64,000 nt of DNA, taken from NCBI GenBank assembly GCA_017554185.1, contig JAFZIU010000077.1, positions 182 through 64,181 on the forward strand. Direction: 5' to 3'. Under the pieces are notes generated by a model. It ran no database searches, was not told where the DNA came from, and saw only the letters and a list, made by a program, of their open reading frames with translations. The stretch comes from Spirochaetia bacterium (lineage in GTDB: Bacteria > Spirochaetota > Spirochaetia > CADAEX01). A program made the position numbers and the translations under genes. This document shows, in pieces, positions 17,526 to 25,691 of this stretch. Position 1 is the first letter of the stretch; each line of letters begins with the position of its first letter.

Positions 17526-18179
17526 CTAAATCGCCAACGGGTTCTCAAGCAAATCTTCCATGGAGCATCCCAGCACCTTGGAAAGCCGGAACAGCGCATT
17601 CACCTGGGCTTTGTCTATGTTGTTCTTCCGCTGTTCATACATCTGGATAGAACGCAGACTCACCTCTGACCGCTCAGCAAGTTGTGACTGTGAAAGGCCG
17701 TTTGCCTCCCTGATCCTCTTAAGATGTGTCTCTGCTCCCAGCTTTGAGCACACCTGATCAAGCCGTTCGATGAACCGGGTTATATCCATCTCATGGTATA
17801 CCGGATACATCTTAATAATTTCTGAAAGAGAAATATGTTCAAAGATGTCCCTGAAACTCCGGGCACTGTACCACTGATACTCTGCCAACGCCCACCCAGC
17901 CCAGTACTCCGGCGATTTTGACAAGGAAAACTTAACTTTTTGGGGCAACTTCTTTCCCGGATAGAAGCGGGAAATAATCTCAGATGCCAGCTCATAACCA
18001 GACATCCCGGCAACCACCCGGGGATTGCCGCATTCAAAAAGCCTTGCATACTCTGAGTTGATAAAAAACCTGGCAAAGAGATCTGCCTCTATCCCGACCA
18101 TGTTTATGGCATAGTCAAAGGCGGTAGCCAGATGCTTTTTTGCATCACTTAAATAGTATTCGCTGTATGCGTGCATCAT
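17526..18179 (-). CDS. protein with uncharacterised N-terminal domain and C-terminal XRE-family HTH (antitoxin-like)
   Basis: C-terminal HTH_3 (LKRIREANGLSQSQLAERSEVSLRSIQMYEQ). ATG at 18179 preceded by AAGGAG (the track TTG start at 18188 is less likely). Overlaps the upstream DUF3990-like gene by about 35 nt. Confidence 0.6.
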   Translation of the reverse strand: MMHAYSEYYLSDAKKHLATAFDYAINMVGIEADLFARFFINSEYARLFECGNPRVVAGMSGYELASEIISRFYPGKKLPQKVKFSLSKSPEYWAGWALAEYQWYSARSFRDIFEHISLSEIIKMYPVYHEMDITRFIERLDQVCSKLGAETHLKRIREANGLSQSQLAERSEVSLRSIQMYEQRKNNIDKAQVNALFRLSKVLGCSMEDLLENPLAI

Positions 18180-18834
18180 TGTTATCAATCTCCTTTCGGA
18201 TAATATCCATCACAAACAGGTCATTTTTATACCTTGAGACCTTTTTCATCTCAAGCTTATACGCCTTCCGGGCCTCATCATCCCGCTTTTTAAATAGAGG
18301 AAAATATTCAGACTTATCCACCGGTTTGGCCTCTATAAAGCTGATTGCTTCAAAAGCTTTTTTGGAAATAAGAACAGTCTGTGAGCCAAGATGACCGAAA
18401 TATAGTGCGTGAGTCAGGCTTCTGAGCGGCAATCCGTTCTCCACAAAACTTTCTGCAAAAGCAAAGTAGGAATCATCTGCACGATAACCGGTCAAGACAT
18501 CATAGACCGATGTGTCCTCGCAGAAATGACTGATTATATAATCCTTTGCATTGACCGCAATCTCGTTGGAAAGAGAGAATTTCCTGTTCTTGAGCAACAG
18601 GGCAATCCAGTTGAGCACAGTATGATTCCCGTCCAGCTGATTCAGATGCTCAAGCCCGTCCAAAGGAAACTCATACATGTTCACAAAGCCATCAGTGCCA
18701 TTCTTGCATGCCCATTCCTGTGCCAGCTCATAGTCAAAGGTACAGTAAAATCCCCGGCCATAATCATTGTTAGGTTTGCCAAGGGCAAGCTGGGGTTCTT
18801 TTATTATGTGGTCAGATCCATGATACAAAATCAT
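18145..18834 (-). CDS. DUF3990-like protein (MILYHGSDHIIK N-terminus)
   Basis: N-terminal LYHGS motif is how DUF3990 proteins start. Family assignment is from memory. ATG at 18834; the track TTG is at 18840. Confidence 0.5.
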   Translation of the reverse strand: MILYHGSDHIIKEPQLALGKPNNDYGRGFYCTFDYELAQEWACKNGTDGFVNMYEFPLDGLEHLNQLDGNHTVLNWIALLLKNRKFSLSNEIAVNAKDYIISHFCEDTSVYDVLTGYRADDSYFAFAESFVENGLPLRSLTHALYFGHLGSQTVLISKKAFEAISFIEAKPVDKSEYFPLFKKRDDEARKAYKLEMKKVSRYKNDLFVMDIIRKEIDNNDARIQRILFK

Positions 18835-18841
18835 GGTCAAA

Positions 18842-18863
18842 TTATATCATTACAATGATATAA
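18842..18863 (-). promoter_or_regulatory. perfect palindrome TTATATCATT-AC-AATGATATAA ending 8 nt upstream of the DUF3990-like start; candidate operator for the downstream HTH protein
   Basis: 10-bp perfect inverted arms with a 2-bp spacer. The minus-strand reading contains TATAAT. Confidence 0.45.
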
Positions 18864-18865
18864 AA

Positions 18866-19945
18866 TCAAGCATTAAGTTGACTTATCAAAAATGAGCGGC
18901 AGTAGTCCACCAGCTGTCGACGCCTGCCCCAGGCCCGGCGGAAATTGGCAGGATCAATCAGCCTTATATGCTTGGTGATATTGTTCTCCTGAAACTGCCA
19001 ACCATGGTATTCGGCCAGTTTAGACCAGAACACCTCGCCTCCGGCGGTGGGCAGATCGATGTTGAAATATCCCTGTATTTCCTTAAGATGCTCAGGATGC
19101 GCAGAGATCACCTCCAGAGTCCTCTGAAGGATTGCCTCGTCATCCATGGCATTTATCTTCTTAGCTCTGGCCCCGCTAAAGCTGAAATTAAAGTATCCCT
19201 TCAATGTCTTCAGGAGCGGGGCAAACCGCTTCCTGCAATCATCATACCCCAGCTTCATCCGCCGCTCGGCTCCCTTGGAAGAAAAGTCCAGCACGCCGAA
19301 CCAGTTATCCCCAAGATTGACAGTAGGATGAATCACGATTGTATTGATTCCCAAACCAGAATAGTCAACGTGGTAACTCCGCTTCAGGTTCACCACAATT
19401 GCATCGGTGCACCCCTCTTCCACAAGGGGTCCTATAGGGACCTCATCGCCCCAGCCGCCATCGATATAATGACTGCCAAAAATCTTCTCACCCTGGAACA
19501 CAATGGGAATTGCGCTGGTGGCACATAGAATCTGCTCCGCCATTTCTTTATCATAATTGTTCAAACAGAAACTCTCGGTCTTATGGGTGTCGGTATTTAG
19601 ACAGGTTGCATACAATTTTTTCTTGAGGGTAGGCAGCCTGCTGAAATCCAACTGCTCCATGATTCTATAAAGCCCTTCCCTGCTGAAGATAGCCCCAGAC
19701 CTCTTGGTGGGAGACTTGAAATCCAGGATATTGCTTTCAAGCTGGGTAGTCCATATATCTACAGCGGTATCGAAATCGCAGAGTGTCAACAAAATAGCAT
19801 TCAGCGCCCCTACCGAGGATCCTGAGATCACTGATATTTTCTTGGTCAGCCCTATCTCGGCCAGGTACTTCCAGACGCCCAGCTCATATGCGCCTTTTCC
19901 ACCGCCGCCTGCCAGAACCAGCCCTATTTTATGTTTGAAAAACAT
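18866..19945 (-). CDS. patatin-like phospholipase (359 aa, with C-terminal extension of about 130 aa)
   Basis: LVLAGGGGKGAY oxyanion loop, GSSVG nucleophile, IDGG Asp. ATG at 19945 preceded by GGAGG (the track start 19963 is less likely). Overlaps the 3' end of the Fic gene by 22 nt. Confidence 0.8.
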   Translation of the reverse strand: MFFKHKIGLVLAGGGGKGAYELGVWKYLAEIGLTKKISVISGSSVGALNAILLTLCDFDTAVDIWTTQLESNILDFKSPTKRSGAIFSREGLYRIMEQLDFSRLPTLKKKLYATCLNTDTHKTESFCLNNYDKEMAEQILCATSAIPIVFQGEKIFGSHYIDGGWGDEVPIGPLVEEGCTDAIVVNLKRSYHVDYSGLGINTIVIHPTVNLGDNWFGVLDFSSKGAERRMKLGYDDCRKRFAPLLKTLKGYFNFSFSGARAKKINAMDDEAILQRTLEVISAHPEHLKEIQGYFNIDLPTAGGEVFWSKLAEYHGWQFQENNITKHIRLIDPANFRRAWGRRRQLVDYCRSFLISQLNA

Positions 19946-20802
19946 GATTGTGCCTCCAGACAAGTCTCTCGTAGGAATCCCCGCTCATAGTTCCATTCCT
20001 TAAGTCCACGGTAGTAAAACCACTTGAGTTCTTCGGTGATGATAATCGGTTTAATATTGTACTTCAAGCACTCCTTGAACATGATAAGACGCCCCACCCG
20101 ACCGTTGCCATCCTGGAATGGATGAATACGCTCAAACTGAACATGGAAATCCAAGATATCATCCAAGGTCACGGTTTTCTTTGCATTATACTCGGCAAGG
20201 AGAGCCTTGATCCTGGGCTTAACACTCTCGGGACTGGCTGTATCCATACCCCCTACCTCGTTCTCTAAAAGCTTATAATCTCCAACTTTGAACCAAGTCT
20301 TCCTGGAATCGGAGGTACCGCTCTTGAGAATAAAATGAAGCTGTTTGATAAAGCTTTCGGTAAGTTTTGACTTAGCCCCCTCAATAGCCAGATCCACACA
20401 CCGAAAATGATTCACTGTCTCAACTATATCGTCCACATTGACGCTTTTATCTGTAATTCCTATGGTGTTAGTCTCGAAGATATAGCGGGTCTGCTCCGGG
20501 GTAAGCCGTGAGCCTTCTATATGGTTGGAGTTATAGGTAAGCTCTATCTGAACCCGATGGTACAGCCCACCTTTAAGCCCGGCTTCCTTTTCCCTCTTAA
20601 GCTGCTCAAGGATAGTCTCGTTCTTTTTCTTGGAGTGACGTATCTGCCGTTTTGGCTTAGAAGACCTAGATGGTACTTTCCAAGTCTTGCCCTCCAAAAT
20701 GGCACCTGGCACACGTCCGGCATTGCAGTAGTTCCGCACACTCCGCTCCGAGACCTGCCAGGCTTTGGCTATATCTGTCACTTGCCAATAATCTACGCTC
20801 AT
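19924..20802 (-). CDS. Fic/Doc family protein with N-terminal HTH and class-II-type inhibitory motif
   Basis: Fic motif HPFQDGNGRVGR. SNHIEG matches the (S/T)xxxE(G/N) inhibitory helix. N-terminal MerR/excisionase-like HTH (MSVDYWQVTDIAKAWQVSERSVRNY). ATG at 20802. Confidence 0.85.
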   Translation of the reverse strand: MSVDYWQVTDIAKAWQVSERSVRNYCNAGRVPGAILEGKTWKVPSRSSKPKRQIRHSKKKNETILEQLKREKEAGLKGGLYHRVQIELTYNSNHIEGSRLTPEQTRYIFETNTIGITDKSVNVDDIVETVNHFRCVDLAIEGAKSKLTESFIKQLHFILKSGTSDSRKTWFKVGDYKLLENEVGGMDTASPESVKPRIKALLAEYNAKKTVTLDDILDFHVQFERIHPFQDGNGRVGRLIMFKECLKYNIKPIIITEELKWFYYRGLKEWNYERGFLRETCLEAQSCFSNIK

Positions 20803-20820
20803 AGTAAGAATATAGCATAA

Positions 20821-20879
20821 TATCGGCAAAATATAAAGCACTTTTTTATTAAAATAACTCTATTTATATATTGCCGATA
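20821..20879 (-). promoter_or_regulatory. 15-bp imperfect inverted repeat (TATCGGCAAAATATA ... TATATATTGCCGATA, 14/15) in the AT-rich region upstream of the Fic gene
   Basis: Seen in sequence. About 29-nt spacer. Lies between the dapA terminator and the Fic start. Confidence 0.3.
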
Positions 20880-20893
20880 AAATCCGATAAGGA

Positions 20894-20928
20894 CAAAAAA
20901 ATCACCCCAGGAAAGCACCCGGGGTGAC
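20894..20928 (-). terminator. rho-independent terminator after dapA (tcaccccgggtgctttcctggggtga plus U8 on the minus strand)
   Basis: GC-rich 9-bp stem and a poly-U tail. Confidence 0.65.
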
Positions 20929-20950
20929 GAAATAGCGTAAAGCGATAACC

Positions 20951-21826
20951 TTACAGTCCAAGCTTTGCCATTGCAGCGTCCATCTGAGCCTTTACAGCAG
21001 CAGAGGTCTCGCACAGAGGCAGGCGGTAAGCTTCCTGGATCATGCCGGCCTTGGCCATAGCATACTTGATAGGAACCGGGTTTGTGTCGGCAAACTCTGC
21101 TCTGAAGAACGGGAGCAGCTTGTAGTGGAGTGCCTTAGCCTCTTCCAGCTTGCCAGCCAGTGCTGCGTTGCACAGTGCATTCATCTCTCTTGGGATAAGG
21201 TTGGATGCTACAGATACAATTCCCTTTCCGCCCATTGCAATAAGGAGGAAGCCCAGGTTGTCGTCGCCGGAGAGCACTGTGAATGTGTCTGGCTTTGCAG
21301 CGATAAGGTTCATCATCTGGTTTACGTCGCCGCTTGCTTCCTTTACAGCCTGGATATTTGGATGCTGAGCCAGTCTGAGCATAGTTGCGTTGTCGATGTT
21401 CTTTCCTGTTCTTCCAGGGATGTTGTATACAACCATCGGAATGTCAACTGCATCTGCGATTGTCATGAAGTGGCGGTAGAAGCCCTCCATGCTAGGCTTG
21501 TTGTAGTAAGGTGCAACCTGCAGTGTGGCATCTACGCCGTAGCTTGCTGCAATCTTGGTCATGTGGAGTGCCTCGGCTGTGCTGTTGGAGCCTGCGCCTG
21601 CGATAATCTGGCAGCGGCCTGCAACCTGACGTGCTACAAACTCGATGATCTTAAGGTGATCCTCGTGGATGATTGTAGGGCTTTCGCCTGTGGTGCCCAT
21701 AGGTGCGATTCCGGCAACTCCGGATTCCACCTGGAAGTCAACCAGTGCCTTGAGAGCGCCCCAGTCAATTGATTCGTCCTTATTGAATGGTGTGATAAGG
21801 GCGGTGTATATTCCTTCAAACTTCAT
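20951..21826 (-). CDS. dapA: 4-hydroxy-tetrahydrodipicolinate synthase
   Basis: DapA N-terminus GIYTALITPF and TIM-barrel motifs (GTTGE). Confidence 0.9.
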   Translation of the reverse strand: MKFEGIYTALITPFNKDESIDWGALKALVDFQVESGVAGIAPMGTTGESPTIIHEDHLKIIEFVARQVAGRCQIIAGAGSNSTAEALHMTKIAASYGVDATLQVAPYYNKPSMEGFYRHFMTIADAVDIPMVVYNIPGRTGKNIDNATMLRLAQHPNIQAVKEASGDVNQMMNLIAAKPDTFTVLSGDDNLGFLLIAMGGKGIVSVASNLIPREMNALCNAALAGKLEEAKALHYKLLPFFRAEFADTNPVPIKYAMAKAGMIQEAYRLPLCETSAAVKAQMDAAMAKLGL

Positions 21827-21839
21827 TTTTTTTCTCCTG

Positions 21840-22583
21840 TTATGGTAAAATTTCTTTTATAAAATCTTCTACACTGTAGAAGCCTTTCTTGCCCTTGATC
21901 CACTCTGCTGCCATTACTGCACCCAATGCAAAGCCTCCGCGGCTCCGTGCATTATGGGTTATCTCGATGGTGTCGGCAGGTGAATCCATATACATAGTAT
22001 GGATTCCAGGAATGCTGCCACCTCTTGTGGATGACACATGGAGCTCTTCCGGCTCTATCCGCCGGTCCAGGCACTGTGTCACGATCTTGGTCTTCCGGTC
22101 GCAGTTGGCAAGAATCTTCTCTGCCAGTGTGATGGCGGTGCCGGAGGGTGAATCCTTCTTAAGCTTATGATGCATCTCGTGAACCATGATGTCGTAGTCC
22201 GGCACAGCGTTTGCCAAAGATGCGGCATAGCTTGCCAGCTTGAACAGCATATGTGCTCCGATGGAGAAGTTGGATCCCCATACAAAGCCGATGCCTGCCT
22301 TCTCGATCATAGCCTTGATCTGGTCATACTTGTCACCCCAGCCGGTAGTTCCAAGAACAACAGGTGTGGAACCCTGCGCGTAGGCGGTGCAGTTTTTAAG
22401 CACAGCTGCTGGTGATGAGAAGTCAATTACTACATCTGCATCAGCCAGTACAGCAGCTGATATCTCCTTGTGAGCAGTTTCTACCATCGGGTCTACAATG
22501 GCAGACACAACATGACCGCGGGAAAGGAGGATCTTTTCGATTTCCTTTCCCATCTGGCCGTAGCCTGATAATAAAATTTTCAT
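21840..22583 (-). CDS. dapB: 4-hydroxy-tetrahydrodipicolinate reductase
   Basis: N-terminal Rossmann GYGQMGKEI and the DapB C-terminal domain. Confidence 0.9.
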   Translation of the reverse strand: MKILLSGYGQMGKEIEKILLSRGHVVSAIVDPMVETAHKEISAAVLADADVVIDFSSPAAVLKNCTAYAQGSTPVVLGTTGWGDKYDQIKAMIEKAGIGFVWGSNFSIGAHMLFKLASYAASLANAVPDYDIMVHEMHHKLKKDSPSGTAITLAEKILANCDRKTKIVTQCLDRRIEPEELHVSSTRGGSIPGIHTMYMDSPADTIEITHNARSRGGFALGAVMAAEWIKGKKGFYSVEDFIKEILP

Positions 22584-22587
22584 GCGT

Positions 22588-23559
22588 TTATTTTAATATT
22601 CTAAAGTCCACATCGTCAACTGGGTTAAGACCAAGTTCTGCTGTGATCACTGGAACGCCCTCTTTCTCGAAGGTTCCGGCAATCTTAGCCTGCATATCCA
22701 GGTCTTTTACCAGTGCAACCATGTAGCCGCCTCTTCCGCCACCGGTAAGCTTTGCACCGTAGGCACCCATCTTGATGGACCGCTCGCAGAGCTCGATAAG
22801 CCGTGGATGGCTCATGTTAAGCTCGATAAGAAGCTGATGGTTTGCTGTCATGATCTCGCCCACTGCATCGTAGTCGCCAGATATAAGGGCAGCCTTGAGT
22901 GCATATACCTGCTCTGCAGTCTTGTTCAGCCTCTTGTAGAAGAAGCCTGCATCCTTCTTGATCAGCGCCTCAATCTCTGCATCCATAAGGGCTGTGTCGT
23001 AGGTCACACCGCTGTTTGCCAGAACTACATAGAGTGGCTTAGGCGGTTTGATCCGCTCGTACATCTTCTTGCCGTCCCTGATCTGATACATCATGATTCC
23101 GCCGAAGGAAGATGCTGTGTTGTCAACACCGCTCGGCTCCCCGTGATATGGGAACTCACCCTGGAAACCCACCCAGTTCTGCTCCACCAGGTCCAGACCC
23201 AGCTTGAACTCGTCGTTGCATGCACGGCCGAAGGATACGCTGATTGCTGCGCTGGCTCCTACTCCGCTTCCTGCCAGAAGATCGCCGCCTACTGTGATCT
23301 TCATAGGGTTCTTCTTGATATCAAGACCCATCTTCTCAATCATTCTTTCATAGGAAAGGCGGCACTTTGCAGCCTTTTTCTGAATATATCCTGGAACCTC
23401 GGTCCGGTGGTCCTCGATTATGAGGTCGGAACCTTCAGGCAGGCGCTCAACCTTGGTCTCTGTCTTAAAAGGCAGTGCCGATACAATTGCTGGTACACCG
23501 TTGAGAACAAACTGATCCCCAATCAGAATGTTTTTTCCGTATGCATATCCAATACCCAT
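22588..23559 (-). CDS. GHMP kinase, mevalonate-kinase-like
   Basis: N-terminus GKNILIGDQFVLNGVPAIVSALP resembles MVK (GKVILFGEHAVVYG). GHMP ATP motif ITVGGDLLAGSGVGASAA. Assignment not confirmed by search. Confidence 0.55.
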   Translation of the reverse strand: MGIGYAYGKNILIGDQFVLNGVPAIVSALPFKTETKVERLPEGSDLIIEDHRTEVPGYIQKKAAKCRLSYERMIEKMGLDIKKNPMKITVGGDLLAGSGVGASAAISVSFGRACNDEFKLGLDLVEQNWVGFQGEFPYHGEPSGVDNTASSFGGIMMYQIRDGKKMYERIKPPKPLYVVLANSGVTYDTALMDAEIEALIKKDAGFFYKRLNKTAEQVYALKAALISGDYDAVGEIMTANHQLLIELNMSHPRLIELCERSIKMGAYGAKLTGGGRGGYMVALVKDLDMQAKIAGTFEKEGVPVITAELGLNPVDDVDFRILK

Positions 23560-23576
23560 TTCATTCCTCCATTTTT

Positions 23577-24806
23577 TTATTTATTCATCAGCTTCTTGAG
23601 GACGTTCTCACATTCATCCATAAGAAGCGCTTCTTTTCCAATTTTTATCGTAGTTGCAGCTGACACTCTATGACAGGCATCTGCAAAGCCGCCCAGGTTC
23701 AATGTCGCTTCCGGCAGGAAGGCGTTGAGCCCCGGAATCTCATCGTGCATAACCCGGTCTGTCAGGGGCAGCGAAGTCCGCATAGAAACCTTGGTCTCTC
23801 CCATATCCACATGCCCGAAACCCGGCACCTCGTCAGGAATCTGCTGATACCCGGCCATGTACTTATCCTTGGGCACCAGACCGCTGTCGGCAACCTCCTC
23901 GCAGAAAATACCGATCATCTTGACACCCATGGGCATGAACCGGTCCTTTACATCGCACCAAACAATGTGCTCTGTCTGGTTGAACTCACCTTTCCTGATC
24001 CGCTCGAACTCCTGGTCGAACTTCTCCTTCTTCATGCTGCGGAACTTCTCTATTGTCTTCTGGTCTGCATCGTCTGTCCCGTGGAGAAGCATCTTGATTC
24101 CAAGCTCGGGGCCGCCGCCGTAGAAGCCTACGCCGCCGATAATATCAAGCATGCTGTAGAGCTCGATGATCTCGAATTCCCTGTCCGGGAGGGTGATGTA
24201 GAAGACATCCTTGCCATCATTCTTCTCCATGCGCATAGTCCCCTGCTTAAGGGCCTCTTCCGTGCACTTCCAGTTCTCGCCGTGCACCTGCCAGTCGATA
24301 TAGAAGAAGTCGGCAATGCCACCCAGTGCGGCAATATGGGCCAGTTTCTTGTTGGCAGGATTCAGGCGGCAGGCAAAGTACCAGCAGGTCACCGATGCAG
24401 AGATATCCCTGTCGCCCTTGAGACCGTACAGGTCCGGGTCCAGGTTTATGACAGAGTCGGAAGTTGATTTTTCTGCCTTGTGGTGGTCCAGCAGGATCAC
24501 CAGGTTCTTGCCGGCATTCAGTTTGCATACAAAGGGTGCAATCTTTCCGGCAAAGTCGGCAAAGACAATGATTTTACCGCTGTTTTCGGCAAACAGTTTT
24601 TCAAGCACCTTCGGATAAGGCTTTTCCAGAGAGAACCGCTGCACCTTGTAGCCTTCGTCGCAGAACGCTTTGTACAGCACTGCACCTGATGTAAGGCCGT
24701 CAGTATCGTTATGATGGAGAAGAACCAGCTCCTTGGAAGGATAGTTCTTCATCCGCACTATGGTTTTATCAACATCCCTGAAATAGGTGTCCAATATTGA
24801 GTCCAT
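23577..24806 (-). CDS. DHH-family phosphoesterase (DHH + DHHA1-like)
   Basis: N-terminal DHH signature VLLHHNDTDGLTSG. Gly-rich GGGPE near the C-terminal domain. Confidence 0.55.
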   Translation of the reverse strand: MDSILDTYFRDVDKTIVRMKNYPSKELVLLHHNDTDGLTSGAVLYKAFCDEGYKVQRFSLEKPYPKVLEKLFAENSGKIIVFADFAGKIAPFVCKLNAGKNLVILLDHHKAEKSTSDSVINLDPDLYGLKGDRDISASVTCWYFACRLNPANKKLAHIAALGGIADFFYIDWQVHGENWKCTEEALKQGTMRMEKNDGKDVFYITLPDREFEIIELYSMLDIIGGVGFYGGGPELGIKMLLHGTDDADQKTIEKFRSMKKEKFDQEFERIRKGEFNQTEHIVWCDVKDRFMPMGVKMIGIFCEEVADSGLVPKDKYMAGYQQIPDEVPGFGHVDMGETKVSMRTSLPLTDRVMHDEIPGLNAFLPEATLNLGGFADACHRVSAATTIKIGKEALLMDECENVLKKLMNK

Positions 24807-24824
24807 TCTGTCTTTCCTCTCTCC

Positions 24825-25691
24825 TTAATCCTCTGTCTTTTTCCTTGACAGCATCAGGTTTACCATTGCACAGATAGATGTCACAAAGATCAGCAGGAAG
24901 GAGATAGCGTTGATAACTGGTGTAGAGCCATCCCTTACACGGTTGAACAGTGCTACCGGCAGCGGTACATCTGCTCCTACCAGGAACAGTGTGGTGTTGA
25001 AGTTCTCGAAAGAAAGCAGGAACGAAAGTGCAAGTCCTCCGATTATGGAAGGCCGCAGGTACTTAAGGGTGATGTACCAGATTACCTGGAACCGGTTGGC
25101 ACCAAGGTTGTAGGCTGCATCCTCAAGTGTCCTGTCAAACTTCTTAAGCCGGGCAGACACAACCATAGCCACATAGGTGGATATGAAAGAGAACTGTCCG
25201 AAAGCCACCAGCCAGAAACCAGGTCTTATAGCATCCAGCCGGATACCGAAATGGTTCTGGAAGAATGTGGCAACTGTGGTGGTGAAGGACAATATAGAGA
25301 TACCCAGGATTACACCAGGAATGACGATAGGTGCAATCATCAGGAGGTACATAAGGTTCTTGAGCGGGAAGTTCTCCTGCTCGAACAGGAATGCAGCACA
25401 GGTTCCCATGGCTGTGGACATAAGTGATACTGCAATAGCCAGCCGGAACGATACTCCGAAAGCCCTCATGTTGAACCTGTCGTGGAAGAAGCCGGTCGGT
25501 CCGCCGCCGGATCCATCGCCGAAGAACCAGTCAAGGGTAAAGCCTTTCCATGGAAGTGACGGGATCATGGAGTTGTTGAACGCTAGGATACAGGTGATAA
25601 GAAGCGGTGCGAACAGGAACACAAAGTAAATGATGATGAATGTGTTGAATGTTATGGTATAAAACTTTGAGTTAGGCAGTGAACGGATCAT
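24825..25691 (-). CDS. potC: ABC transporter permease, PotC-like (spermidine/putrescine type)
   Basis: 6-TM permease in a Pot-type operon with an EAA-like loop. Confidence 0.75.
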   Translation of the reverse strand: MIRSLPNSKFYTITFNTFIIIYFVFLFAPLLITCILAFNNSMIPSLPWKGFTLDWFFGDGSGGGPTGFFHDRFNMRAFGVSFRLAIAVSLMSTAMGTCAAFLFEQENFPLKNLMYLLMIAPIVIPGVILGISILSFTTTVATFFQNHFGIRLDAIRPGFWLVAFGQFSFISTYVAMVVSARLKKFDRTLEDAAYNLGANRFQVIWYITLKYLRPSIIGGLALSFLLSFENFNTTLFLVGADVPLPVALFNRVRDGSTPVINAISFLLIFVTSICAMVNLMLSRKKTED

